Assembly: GCA_963665125.2 (NCBI GenBank)
Contig: CAXXUK010000001.1
Span: 352,001 to 416,000, forward strand
DNA: 64,000 bases
Source of the DNA: an uncultured Desulfarculus sp.
GTDB lineage: Bacteria > Desulfobacterota > Desulfarculia > Desulfarculales > Desulfarculaceae
Reading direction: 5' to 3'
This document shows, piece after piece, positions 1 through 9,631 of the stretch. The notes beneath the pieces were generated by a model. The model ran no database searches. It was not told where the DNA came from and saw only the letters and a list, made by a program, of their open reading frames with translations. A program made the position numbers and the translations under genes. Position 1 is the first letter of the stretch, and each line of letters starts with the position of its first letter.

Positions 1-1
1 C

Positions 2-319
2 CCGGACCTTGGCTCACTGACCAGGGAGGAAGAGTCCGCCCTGTATCGTATGGCCGCCGAATTGCTCCACAACGTGGGCAAACATGCCGGGGCGTCTTTG
101 GTGGTGGTGGATTTGTCCGCCGCGCAACGGGGGGCATTGCTGACGGTAAGTGATGACGGCTGCGGTTTCAAGGACAAGCCGGAGGTATACCCGGTGTCAG
201 GCAAATTTGGTCTGTTTAGCATCGAGGAACGGCTACGAGGTATTGGTGGTTGGATCAAAAAAAGCCCATCAAGTATCGGCGGAGCAGAGGTGCGCATATT
301 TGTTTCACTTGTGGAATAA
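2..319 (+). CDS. Sensor histidine kinase, C-terminal HATPase domain (NarX/UhpB-like); 5' part lies outside the window
   Basis: Frame open from base 2: ...ALYRMAAELLHNVGKHA (N box), VSDDGCGF (G1), GKFGLFSIEERL (G2), GG..GAEV (G3). Confidence 0.8.
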   Translation, partial: PDLGSLTREEESALYRMAAELLHNVGKHAGASLVVVDLSAAQRGALLTVSDDGCGFKDKPEVYPVSGKFGLFSIEERLRGIGGWIKKSPSSIGGAEVRIFVSLVE

Positions 320-576
320 TAATGTGACGATATTGAAAATATATAATAACTTACAATAGATAATATTGTGACTATTGTTCGCTAATTGTGCCGATGTAAA
401 AAAATTACTTGAAAAAATCTGGGCGCGGGCATCCGCCATACATCTTTTTAAATTGAATAAATGGTTGATAATATTTGGATAAAGTGTGACCTAATACTTT
501 ATTCTTAGTACCTTTTTCATGCCCCCGTACCAATCAAAATCAGTCCATGGCCTGATTGTCACTTTTTTAACAATGT

Positions 577-1863
577 GAGAGTGCTGCGCAATTAAGTGAT
601 TTGTATTTTGGGCAGTTTTGACGAGGAAAATGACACGGCGGGCTATTTTGCAGGCTTTTGTTTCATCAATAATCGCCCCAGAAAGTCATCAATGATGGCC
701 GCGTGTGGGTCGCCCCAGGCCTTATTATCGTCCTCCCGCCATCATCCGGGCGGCCTTTTTGAGGTTGTAGGCCATTGCATCCATGAGCAATTGCATTCCC
801 ATTTTCGCCGCGCCCAGGTATCTGGCCCGCGCCAGGCGATAATCCTTTTTCAGTGTCCCAAAAGCCCGTTCCACCGAGCCCCGGCCACTACTGATGGCCC
901 GGTTATCCATCCTTTCCGCATTGCACAATGGCCGGTTTCGGGCCGCCTTGTACATAATAAGGTCAAATAATCCGCTATTTGCAAGGGCGCTGCGGTTCTC
1001 CCGGCTGCTGTAGCCCTTGTCCGCCATGACCGGCGCACCCTGCTCCAAATCACATTGCGCGACCACTGCCATCATTTCCTTGCAGTCTGCCCGATTGGCC
1101 GGGGTGGCGTGGCCCGCCATGATGAATCCGTGCTCCCCGTCCACGGCCATATGCACCTTATAGCCGTACCAAGCCCGCTTGCCCTTTCTGGTCCACGTCG
1201 CCTCCACCTCACCGGAATAACTGGTCTTTACGTCATGGCCGCCTGTATCTGGCTCCTCATCGTCTTCCTGGCGGTCCACGGGGATCACCTCCTGTTGTTT
1301 GCGGGGACGGCGGGCGCTCTCGACAATGCTGGCGTCGATGATGACACCGGCCTTGATTTCCAAACCACCCGCCGCGATCTGGTCGTTGATCGTATCCAGC
1401 AGGGGTTTGGCCAGGCCTTTTTCATGTAACTGGTTGCGGAAACGGCAGATTGTGGAATTGTCGGGCACCTCGTTGTCCAGGGAGAAGCCGCAAAAGTGGC
1501 TGAAGGAAATGCGGTCTTCCAGGTTTTCCGAAAGCTCCCGGTCCGAAAGGCCATACCAGGATTGCAATAGTAGAGCCTTGAACATGCTCAGGGCGGGGTA
1601 GCTGGGATTGCCCACGGCGTCCGGCTTACGGCGAAGCTTTTTCTTGAGCAGCTTTTCGATGGGCCGCCAGTCGACCAATTCGTCGATCTTTTCAGGTGTG
1701 GTCTTGTTCCTTTTGCGCCGCGCCGCCGCCATATCGGCGAAACCGCCTTTTTTGTCGAATCGATTGGCCACCAATGCCTCCAAACCGTGCCTTTGGAGTA
1801 TTTTAACTAATAATCACATACGTTTAAATTAAATTGTCAGGCAATTTGCCGTGCAGCACTCTC
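577..1863 (-). mobile_element. IS5-family insertion sequence (~1.29 kb)
   Basis: Terminal inverted repeats GAGAGTGCTGCGC (577-589) and GTGCAGCACTCTC (1851-1863), 12/13 match, bracket a DDE transposase. No target-site duplication seen. Confidence 0.88.
725..1783 (-). CDS. IS5-family transposase (likely start GTG at 1771 after GGAGG)
   Basis: LLLQSWYGLSD..ISFSHFCG..VPDNSTICRFR (DUF772-like N-terminus); IDASIV, YGYKVHMAVD, ADKGY, VERAFGTLK DDE motifs. Confidence 0.92.
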   Translation of the reverse strand: MEALVANRFDKKGGFADMAAARRKRNKTTPEKIDELVDWRPIEKLLKKKLRRKPDAVGNPSYPALSMFKALLLQSWYGLSDRELSENLEDRISFSHFCGFSLDNEVPDNSTICRFRNQLHEKGLAKPLLDTINDQIAAGGLEIKAGVIIDASIVESARRPRKQQEVIPVDRQEDDEEPDTGGHDVKTSYSGEVEATWTRKGKRAWYGYKVHMAVDGEHGFIMAGHATPANRADCKEMMAVVAQCDLEQGAPVMADKGYSSRENRSALANSGLFDLIMYKAARNRPLCNAERMDNRAISSGRGSVERAFGTLKKDYRLARARYLGAAKMGMQLLMDAMAYNLKKAARMMAGGR

Positions 1864-1979
1864 TTATAGCTAGTCGCTAGTATAGCATGGCTTTCTGGGG
1901 TGCGTCATGCCTTATGAGGATAGGCCAATCCGCTGATATTAATTGTGCTTCAAGAATTTAAAATTGATTACGAATTATA

Positions 1980-2657
1980 TTAAGTTAGACGTTTTGCTAG
2001 TCGCGCCCTCACTCCAAAATACGGTGCAAACGAGCATTTTTTACGCAAGCGGGCAGCCGTGTACATCATCTCAGTACAAATACGCTTCCATCCGAGTCTA
2101 GTTTCATCAATTGAATCCCAGTAACATTTTATTTCTTCCACCCAAAAGTCATTGGCTCTCAGGAGTGAACAGAGATCCACAATGGAATGGTTGCGGATAT
2201 AATCTTCAGACCAAGTCTTTTTTCTCAAGCGAGAAAAAAACGTGTCTATTTTGTCCGGGGCGCGGGCTGAAATAATCAGCTTGCCACCGGGTTTAAGCAA
2301 ACGGACGATCTCGGCCAAGTGATCAGAGGGATTGTCCACCCAGTTGATGACCATGGTGGATATCACTGTATCGAATGAATGATCCGAAAACTCAGTACCG
2401 CATGTGTCGCAGTGCATGAACTGCAGTGATGGATATTCACTTTTCGCCCAGCGAACCCTTTCTTCTTGGGGATCCACGCCAACGATGGAATCAAAGCGTG
2501 ACGACAAGCGGTAGGTAACGTCACCGAAACCACAGCCGTAGTCAAGTGCACTGCCCGAGCATGTTTCGGCAAGTTCGTTGACCATTTTATAACGGCGAAC
2601 CTGATGCACGGTCGGAATGCCGTTGATCATATATTTTGAATAACTATCCATCTTCAT
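1980..2657 (-). CDS. Class I SAM-dependent methyltransferase
   Basis: ALDYGCGFG motif I, VGVD, FSDHSFDTVIS, RLLKPGGKLII. Confidence 0.85.
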   Translation of the reverse strand: MKMDSYSKYMINGIPTVHQVRRYKMVNELAETCSGSALDYGCGFGDVTYRLSSRFDSIVGVDPQEERVRWAKSEYPSLQFMHCDTCGTEFSDHSFDTVISTMVINWVDNPSDHLAEIVRLLKPGGKLIISARAPDKIDTFFSRLRKKTWSEDYIRNHSIVDLCSLLRANDFWVEEIKCYWDSIDETRLGWKRICTEMMYTAARLRKKCSFAPYFGVRARLAKRLT

Positions 2658-2712
2658 TTAATAAGCTTTTTAAACCAAGTCAACGGTTCGACGGTTTTGC
2701 GCCGCCGTTTTA

Positions 2713-3795
2713 TTAGTAGTTATATGCACTTCTGCCCTTTGAAAGCATGAACATGAAATCTAAAAAGTGGCTCAACAAGTCAGGGAGCAATTGGTTGCCC
2801 ATCTCATTGATCATTAACAAGACCGCGTCCATTGGTTTGAGGGCTGGCTTGTAACACCGCTCAGAGGTTATGGCATCGTAGGCATCTACTATGCGAACTA
2901 TTGAAGCGAGGTAAGATATCTCTTCTCCAACCAGGCCATTGGGATATCCGCTGCCGTCCTGGTTCTCGTGATGTTGCAGGGCTATTTCCAAGGCGGCCGC
3001 AGGAAGTGTCCGCTGCTCGGCAAGTATTTGGTAGCTGTGAATGGGATGCGTGCGTATCTCGGCCCACTCCATCGAATCAAGGCCGCTTGGCTTGGAAAGG
3101 ATATTCGGATTAATATATTTCTTGCCTATATCGTGGTACAGGGCACCTGCGGACAGGGCCACGGCCTGTTTGTCTTCAAGCTTGAGGAACGCGCCAAACG
3201 CCGTGCACAACACGCAGACATTAACTGAGTGGTTATACAAGTCGTAATCAATCGTCAAAAGATCAGGGAGCTTGTAGATCAAAACCGGATTTTGCCGCAC
3301 GACATTGGCGAAGGTTCGAGAGTATTCAAGGCCATAACGCAGTGTTTCGACGATATCGCCGTCTTCCATGGCCGAGCGAATGAGCAGCATGGCGTTATCG
3401 TAGACAGCCTCGCATTTTTGTTCCACGCTAGGGGAAGGGTGCTGCAGTATTTGCAAGGTGCGTCCGGCCACATAATCCAAAAGCGGCTTGCGGTATTTGC
3501 GTTCCGCGAAAAATTCGTTCATGCCCAGGTTGTGCATCTTCAGCAAGTAGGCGGAGTTTGGCTTTGTTCCTTCCTTTAAAACCTTGATTAGGCGGACGCT
3601 GGCGTCTTTACCGGTAAAAGGCATGTACAAATCAAGAGGCAGCAGCCTGTCCGAATCGATTACACGGTTGGCAACGGGAACCATATCGCGAGTGGCATTG
3701 TTGAAAGCCGCCTTGTCAACGGACACCGCACGCAGGTCGCCTATGGAGCCATTATTTCCCGATGATTTAGACGTACGCCAGGCTTTGGTTGTCAC
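2713..3795 (-). CDS. HD-GYP domain protein (c-di-GMP phosphodiesterase); start uncertain
   Basis: YNHSVNV, YHDIGK, HHENQDGSGYP, IVDAYDAITSERCYK. Confidence 0.88.
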   Translation of the reverse strand: MTTKAWRTSKSSGNNGSIGDLRAVSVDKAAFNNATRDMVPVANRVIDSDRLLPLDLYMPFTGKDASVRLIKVLKEGTKPNSAYLLKMHNLGMNEFFAERKYRKPLLDYVAGRTLQILQHPSPSVEQKCEAVYDNAMLLIRSAMEDGDIVETLRYGLEYSRTFANVVRQNPVLIYKLPDLLTIDYDLYNHSVNVCVLCTAFGAFLKLEDKQAVALSAGALYHDIGKKYINPNILSKPSGLDSMEWAEIRTHPIHSYQILAEQRTLPAAALEIALQHHENQDGSGYPNGLVGEEISYLASIVRIVDAYDAITSERCYKPALKPMDAVLLMINEMGNQLLPDLLSHFLDFMFMLSKGRSAYNY

Positions 3796-4625
3796 CGTAG
3801 CTCTCTATAACAGGGGGGCGGTCAGGAGCCGTGGTTATTGAAAAAATGATGTGAATCGGAGGTGTAAGTACGATTTAGCGATTTAGCATATGGGCATTCA
3901 ACAGCGGCGGCAATACGGGGAAAGCCTGATTTCCCCACGCAAGAAACCCTTATTGTGTTAGGTGTTTTGAATGAGGGTTTTTAATTGATTGATCACAGTT
4001 GGTAACAGATTGTGAAAAAAGCGCGGTTGGTTCGGCATGATGTAGGATTTGTCTTTATATAACTAGCAATTAAAAAAGGACTTATGGCTGGTTTTAAATG
4101 TGTCGATTGATGCGTGGATAAATTCCATCAACGTATGATTTATGCACAGAAAAACGGTTGACCAATGTGAACGGTGTTAACTTGGATGGTGCGGCATCCG
4201 GCTGAAAACCACGGAAAATGGTTTATAGTGGATGGAAACTATTTTGGTCGGTGGTTTTGCCCGCCGATGGGAGCCAGCCTGAAAAAATACCGACCCTGTC
4301 GGCCGGTCAGAGCCAAAAACGAAGGCGGGAATCGATTGCGGAGCCAATGCATTGGATCCTGCTGCAAAAGATTATTGGACCATGGTCCCGTTGGCTGCTT
4401 GGATGTTTGCTTGTTTGATTGGCGCGATTTGTTCGGGACCTTTTGGGGTGGCGTCCATGGTCGGAGATCAGGCTTCCCAGGCTGGCGGCGCAACGATACC
4501 AGCCCCCCTTGTGATATTGTCAAATCCCTGAAAATGGAAACTTCTTAACAGCCGCATGCCTTATATTCGTGCGTTCGGCCGCCTGACTTTTTTTGTGATG
4601 GATCTATTAACGAGAAAAAAAAGAC

Positions 4626-4655
4626 TTGCTATTGAGAAAAATAAGGGTAGACTAA
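4626..4655 (+). promoter_or_regulatory. Putative sigma70 promoter with overlapping TAAG-N6-CTAA site
   Basis: TTGCTA (4626-4631)-16 bp-TAGACT (4648-4653); TAAG-GGTAGA-CTAA at 4642-4655. Confidence 0.45.
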
Positions 4656-4701
4656 CAAAAAATTGACTCGCTAATAAGGGCGGCAGCGCGGGGGACGGCA
4701 A

Positions 4702-5874
4702 GTGATTGTCTCAACTAAAACACAGGCAGCAACAGAGCGGAAGACAGCCATCAAGGTGGATTCCCTGAAATGGCATCAGGATTGCCTGAGTGTGACGGTT
4801 CTGCTGGCTTCGTCCTTTGGGCCCAAGGCCATGCGCCGCCTGCTGAAACGCTCGGGTTATGACACGGAGTCCATGCAGGATGACCACGAATTGCTGTTGG
4901 CCGCCATGCACGAAGCCTGTCACCATGACCCGGAGATTCGGGCCATGGTGGCCAAAGAGCTGAACGCCAAATACAGGACCACGCTGGCCAAGTGTAAAAG
5001 CTTGGGTGTTGACGAAATCCGGTGCATGGCGATGGAAGGGCCGTGGCTGATTCCTTTCATGTGGGCGTGTTTCAGCCGTGATGAGGCGCCGGCTCATCGG
5101 CTGGGTCGGCGATTGGCCCATTTAGCCATTGCCCTTGGAATGTTGCAGCTCAAACAGGGCACCATGGGCGACGCCGCCGCTGAAAAGGTCGACAGGCTTA
5201 ACAAGAAAAACCAAGCCCTACGCCGTAAACTCGAAACTGAAGGCCGCGAAAACCAGCAGCTACGAGCCAAGCTCGACGGCATGGCAAAGCGTCCCGCCAT
5301 GATGGACACCCATGTCCAGACCGGCATTTCAGTCCTGCGCAAAGAGGTCAAGTCTTTGCGTAACCAATTGGACGCGCAAGGGGACGAACAGAAAAAGCTC
5401 CGAACGCAACTTGCCGTATGGCGCTCGTTGGCCCTTGCCAACGTGGGCAAAACGATACGGGATAATTCAGGATCGACCAGCGCACCAAACCGTTGTTGGG
5501 TCTGCTGCGGCGAGCCGGCTTCAGGGGAAATGGAGAACAGCCACGATTGCAACGTTTTTTTACGCTGTCCGTTGCAGGGCCGCAAAATCGGCATTGTCGG
5601 CGGTTTGAAGCGTTTGGAGCGGGGGTATTGCGAAGTGGTAAGGCGCCTGGGAGGCGAGTGCTTGTTTCATTCCGGTGAAATGAAATCCGGGGCTCAGGGC
5701 CTGCGGCAGCTTGTGGACAAATCGGATGTGGTAGTCTGCATCACTTCGGTCAACAGCCACGGGGCCATGAACACGGTGAAAAAACAGTGCAAACGCTGTC
5801 AAAAGCAATTCTGTCCCTTGAACGGGGCGGGAGTGAGTTCCTTGGAAAACTTGCTATTGGCAATGGCCGGCTGA
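4702..5874 (+). CDS. DUF2325 domain-containing protein with central coiled coil
   Basis: C-terminal IGIVGG...FHSG...SDVVVCITSVNSHGAM..VKKQCK resembles DUF2325; preceded by heptad-rich coiled coil and a Cys cluster. Confidence 0.7.
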   Translation: MIVSTKTQAATERKTAIKVDSLKWHQDCLSVTVLLASSFGPKAMRRLLKRSGYDTESMQDDHELLLAAMHEACHHDPEIRAMVAKELNAKYRTTLAKCKSLGVDEIRCMAMEGPWLIPFMWACFSRDEAPAHRLGRRLAHLAIALGMLQLKQGTMGDAAAEKVDRLNKKNQALRRKLETEGRENQQLRAKLDGMAKRPAMMDTHVQTGISVLRKEVKSLRNQLDAQGDEQKKLRTQLAVWRSLALANVGKTIRDNSGSTSAPNRCWVCCGEPASGEMENSHDCNVFLRCPLQGRKIGIVGGLKRLERGYCEVVRRLGGECLFHSGEMKSGAQGLRQLVDKSDVVVCITSVNSHGAMNTVKKQCKRCQKQFCPLNGAGVSSLENLLLAMAG

Positions 5875-6066
5875 AAGGGGGCGCCAATGAGGGCTCGCGG
5901 AATAAAAGAAATTGTAATGGGGGAGGCACTGTTCTTCCCCCGGGTAAGCCATGAAGGTGGGCGGTTTGTCGTAGCCATACCCATGATAATTAGGCCGGAC
6001 AGGCCGGCATGGCTGGGCCTGCAAAATCAAACTCACCAGGGTTGATGCTAAATTTGGAGGAGTAAC

Positions 6067-6219
6067 ATGTCTTGTCAAAACCACGAAAAATTAGAACACG
6101 CAGACTCGAAAAACGCCAAACAGCAACATTGCCATTGCAATGGCCGCTGCCATGACTGCAAATGCCGACAGGGGCTTTCAAACGCAGGCGAGACCAAAGC
6201 CGTATCTGAAGAGGCCTAA
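6067..6219 (+). CDS. Small Cys/His-rich protein (50 aa), absent from the ORF track
   Basis: GGAGGAG ribosome site at 6056-6062 then ATG; translates MSCQNHEKLEHADSKNAKQQHCHCNGRCHDCKCRQGLSNAGETKAVSEEA*. Confidence 0.65.
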   Translation: MSCQNHEKLEHADSKNAKQQHCHCNGRCHDCKCRQGLSNAGETKAVSEEA

Positions 6220-6292
6220 TCTTGCCTCTCTTAAAGGCGGGCTGCTTCTTTGTCAGGGTGCAAAAAAACAAAAGTTAGATAAACAAAACAAA

Positions 6293-6328
6293 TTGACATA
6301 TTCAATATTGACGGATAGAATCCGCTAA
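6293..6328 (+). promoter_or_regulatory. Near-consensus sigma70 promoter upstream of feoA with overlapping ATAG-N6-CTAA site
   Basis: TTGACA (6293-6298)-17 bp-TAGAAT (6316-6321); ATAG-AATCCG-CTAA at 6315-6328. Confidence 0.65.
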
Positions 6329-6455
6329 AAAACCGAGTTAGCCCGGCGTCAGTTGGCTCTGGGCTTGGTGAAATCAAAATAACACGCGTGGTAATGGTAA
6401 GTTATGCCGTCATCGCTATCGCGTGGTTAACTTGGTCGTTTTGACGGCCTTTTAA

Positions 6456-6740
6456 TTGCGGTTAAAGTTAGAAGTGGCTAAAAAACAAAATAAATACGAA
6501 ATAGATACGAGCCAACATACGCTGGCCGCCTTGGCTCCTGGCTCGTTCGGCAGGGTGCTGGGGCTGACGGCCACAGGCAATTTGGGACAGCGTTTGATGG
6601 ACCTGGGCTTCTTTCCGGGTGTCGAATTCAAAATCATCCGCAACGCGCCGTTGTTGGACCCTTTGGAAATCGAAATGCTGGGGTATTGCGTGAGCCTGCG
6701 CCACGAGGAGGCCGGGTTTGTAGAGGTCGCCAAATTATGA
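6456..6740 (+). CDS. feoA: Ferrous iron transport protein A (start uncertain; GTG at 6474 is an alternative)
   Basis: QRLMDLGFFPG..IIRNAPLLDPLEI..VSLRHEEA; ATGA overlap with feoB. Confidence 0.9.
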   Translation: MRLKLEVAKKQNKYEIDTSQHTLAALAPGSFGRVLGLTATGNLGQRLMDLGFFPGVEFKIIRNAPLLDPLEIEMLGYCVSLRHEEAGFVEVAKL

Positions 6741-9202
6741 GTTCACAGGTTCTCGCCGCTTTGGCTGGCCAGCCGAATTCCGGCAAATCCACCATTTTCA
6801 ACCTTCTTACCGGCGCAAGGCAGTTCGTGGCCAACTACCCAGGTGTGACGGTGGAGAAAAAGGTCGGTTACTTCAGCCAGGGCGACAGCCGCGTGGAGTT
6901 GGTTGACCTGCCCGGCACCTACAGCCTTACTTCCTATTCAATGGAAGAGATGGTGGCCCGCGATTTTGTGCTGCATGACCAACCATCGGTGGTGGTCAAC
7001 GTGGTCGACGCATCCAACCTGCGGCGCAACCTTTACCTGACCTTTCAGCTCCTGGAGATGGAACGGCCGTTGATCGTCGATCTGAACATGATCGATGTGG
7101 CCGCCAAAAAAGGCTATGAGATCGACGCCGCGGAGTTGGAAAGGATTTTGGGTGTAAAAGTCCTGGTTTCAGACGGGAAACGGGGCAAGGGCCGTGATGA
7201 GTTGCGCCAACTCATTTCCGAAGCGAACTCAAAAGATTACCCAAAATCTGATTTTAGGATCAATTACGGTCATCTGGAACCGGCACTGGAGAGAATACAG
7301 GGCCTGTTGGTGGAGCAAACCAATTTGACCGGCCATTATCCGGCCCGATGGCTGGCCGTTAAATTGTTGGAGGGCGACGGCAAGGCTGAAGAAATTGCGC
7401 GGCAGGTGTCGCCCGATTGGCCGGCTTTAGAAGGGGCCGTCAAACAGGAGCAAGAGGACTTTCAGCGGAATCGCTCCACTCCGGCCTTTCGACACATCGC
7501 CTTCAAACGCCATGAATTGGCCGCCAATATCTGCCGCAGCGTTCTTAAAGACAAGGCCGGCACCAGCGAAAGCTTTACCGACAAGGCGGACCGCCTGCTG
7601 TGTCACCGTTTTGCCGGTCCTGTTTTGATGTGCGGCGTGTTTTATCTGCTGTTCGAACTGGCCGTCAACCAGGGGGGCAAGCTGGCGGCCATGGTCACAC
7701 CGTATCTAGGCCAGGCCCAGGCCTTTCTGGAAAGTTTCCTGCCCGCGCCGGGTTTTCTGGAACAGCCTTTGCTAAGTTCCCTGGCAAGCTGGTTCATGAC
7801 CAGCGTCAATGCTCTGCTGGTCTACATCCCCCAGTTTTTTATTTTGTTCGCCCTCATCGCAGTACTCGAGGATGTCGGCTACATGCCGCGCATGGCTTTT
7901 ATGCTCGATAGGGTGTTCCGCCGTTTCGGTCTGCACGGCAACTCAACCCTGCCTTTTATCCTGGGCGGGATCTATGTCGGAGGCTGCGCCGTGCCGGCGG
8001 TCATGGCCAGTCGGGCCGTACCCGACGACCGGGCCAGGATGGCCACGATCCTCACCGTGCCCCTGATGAACTGCCTGGCCAAGACGGTGTTTTACATCAT
8101 GCTGGTGGACGCCTTCTTTCCCGCCCACAAGGCCGGAGCCATGTTCTTTATTTCCACGATAACCCTGATAGTAGCTTTGCCAATCGCCAAAGTTCTCACC
8201 TTGACCGTGCTCAGAGGCCGGGAAACGGCTCCATTCATCATGGAAATGCCCAACTACCACCTGCCTACTCTCCGGGGGGTGCTGACCAGGGCCTTTGAGC
8301 GGATCTGGACCTACATTCGTAAGGTGCTCACCATTGTTGCGGCGGTGGCCGTGGTGATCTGGGCCTTGCTCCAGTTCCCCGGCGCGCCGCCGGCCTTCCA
8401 GGCTGACATGGAAAAACAGGCGGCCGCGGCAATAGCCGGGTTCCACAAAGCCATACAGGGCACTCCCTTGGCCGACTCCGTAAAGAGCGAAAAAGACATC
8501 ATGTCTTTGATCGAATTCCAGGAACAGTACAAGGCGGCCAAGGCCTCGGCTGCCGGTGACCGGCAGGCCTCCAAGGAGGTCGACGACGTGTATGAGGAAC
8601 AAAATTCTGTTTTCTTCACTGCAGTCAAGGACCGCCGGGACAAGACCTATAAGGCCTTCGACAAACTGCGCAAGACCCGTTTGCGACTGTGGCGGGAACG
8701 CCAGCAGGAGCGCATCCACAACAGTCTGCTGGGCCGTTTCGGTAAGATGCTTGAGCCTTTGTCCCAGTATGCCGGATTCGACTGGCGGGTGAACGTGGCC
8801 ATGCTCAGTTCGTTTGCCGCACGGGAAAGCGCCACCGCCACGTTCAAGGCCCTGTACGGCATCGGCAATGACGGAAAATATTCGGGCAAGGCTCTGGCCG
8901 GGGCGGATGGTGAAAAAGAGGTGAGCAGCCTCAACGCCATAGCCCTGATGCTGTTCATGGCCCTGTTCCCGCCCTGTTTGGCCACCACGATCATGGTTCG
9001 CGTGGCCACAAGGAGCTATCCGTGGATGCTGTTCTCCTTTGCATACCCCTGTTTGTTGGGCATAAGCGCGGCTACTTTTATCTTTACCGGCGGAGGCGCG
9101 TTGGGCCTGGATGGCTGGCAATCCATGTGGACCTTCTATGGAATCGCCTTGGCCTTTGCCGCGCTCATGGCGGCCTTGCCGGATAAACGTACAACCACTT
9201 GA
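6737..9202 (+). CDS. feoB: Ferrous iron transporter B
   Basis: GQPNSGKS (G1), NYPGVTVE (G2), DLPG (G3), NMID (G4), LEDVGYMPR, EMPNY, PPC gate motifs. Confidence 0.96.
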   Translation: MSSQVLAALAGQPNSGKSTIFNLLTGARQFVANYPGVTVEKKVGYFSQGDSRVELVDLPGTYSLTSYSMEEMVARDFVLHDQPSVVVNVVDASNLRRNLYLTFQLLEMERPLIVDLNMIDVAAKKGYEIDAAELERILGVKVLVSDGKRGKGRDELRQLISEANSKDYPKSDFRINYGHLEPALERIQGLLVEQTNLTGHYPARWLAVKLLEGDGKAEEIARQVSPDWPALEGAVKQEQEDFQRNRSTPAFRHIAFKRHELAANICRSVLKDKAGTSESFTDKADRLLCHRFAGPVLMCGVFYLLFELAVNQGGKLAAMVTPYLGQAQAFLESFLPAPGFLEQPLLSSLASWFMTSVNALLVYIPQFFILFALIAVLEDVGYMPRMAFMLDRVFRRFGLHGNSTLPFILGGIYVGGCAVPAVMASRAVPDDRARMATILTVPLMNCLAKTVFYIMLVDAFFPAHKAGAMFFISTITLIVALPIAKVLTLTVLRGRETAPFIMEMPNYHLPTLRGVLTRAFERIWTYIRKVLTIVAAVAVVIWALLQFPGAPPAFQADMEKQAAAAIAGFHKAIQGTPLADSVKSEKDIMSLIEFQEQYKAAKASAAGDRQASKEVDDVYEEQNSVFFTAVKDRRDKTYKAFDKLRKTRLRLWRERQQERIHNSLLGRFGKMLEPLSQYAGFDWRVNVAMLSSFAARESATATFKALYGIGNDGKYSGKALAGADGEKEVSSLNAIALMLFMALFPPCLATTIMVRVATRSYPWMLFSFAYPCLLGISAATFIFTGGGALGLDGWQSMWTFYGIALAFAALMAALPDKRTTT

Positions 9203-9221
9203 TATGACGAGGAATGGAAAG

Positions 9222-9542
9222 ATGAAAAAAATAGCGTTCTTGTCAACCGTGGCGGCTCTGGTTCTGGGCCTTGCGGTCATGGCCTTTGCCCATTCGCCCA
9301 TATGCACCTGCTATGACAATGGAGACGGCACCGTAACCTGCGAAGGCGGATTCAGTGATGGCTCCTCGGCCTCGGGTGTGAACATGTATGTGTTCGACGG
9401 CCAGGGCAAGCAGGTCCTCAAGGGGGCCATGAACCAGGACAGCGAATTTACATTTGACAAGCCCAAGGGCGACTACAAGGTGGAATTCGACGCCGGTGAG
9501 GGTCACAAAGTGACCATCGACGGCAAAGACATCGTGGAGTAA
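9222..9542 (+). CDS. Small periplasmic protein, FpvJ/NikL-like by recalled similarity
   Basis: Signal peptide ending AFA|H; HSPICTC..TCEGGFSDGS..FDAGEGH. Confidence 0.65.
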   Translation: MKKIAFLSTVAALVLGLAVMAFAHSPICTCYDNGDGTVTCEGGFSDGSSASGVNMYVFDGQGKQVLKGAMNQDSEFTFDKPKGDYKVEFDAGEGHKVTIDGKDIVE

Positions 9543-9549
9543 TCAAGAC

Positions 9550-9576
9550 CGCCTCCATGCGTGGAGGTGTTTTTTT
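9550..9576 (+). terminator. Intrinsic terminator
   Basis: CGCCTCCA-tgcg-TGGAGGTG followed by a T run. Confidence 0.65.
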
Positions 9577-9631
9577 AAGATAAAAATTAGCCAATTCTCA
9601 AATAGTCAGATTCAACATACGGAGGAGAGAG

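Noticed and set aside
320..560. Repeated TGTGAC hexamers in the AT-rich spacer after the kinase
   Set aside because: Irregular spacing, no full palindrome; not distinguishable from chance.
3800..4620. Long spacer with short ORFs (4174-4548, 4239-4523, a 49-codon hydrophobic ORF at 4382) and small hairpins; checked for a c-di-GMP riboswitch ahead of the HD-GYP gene
   Set aside because: No recognisable protein motif or convincing ribosome site, and no GGCAAAC..GAAA..GACGCAAA pattern; left unassigned.
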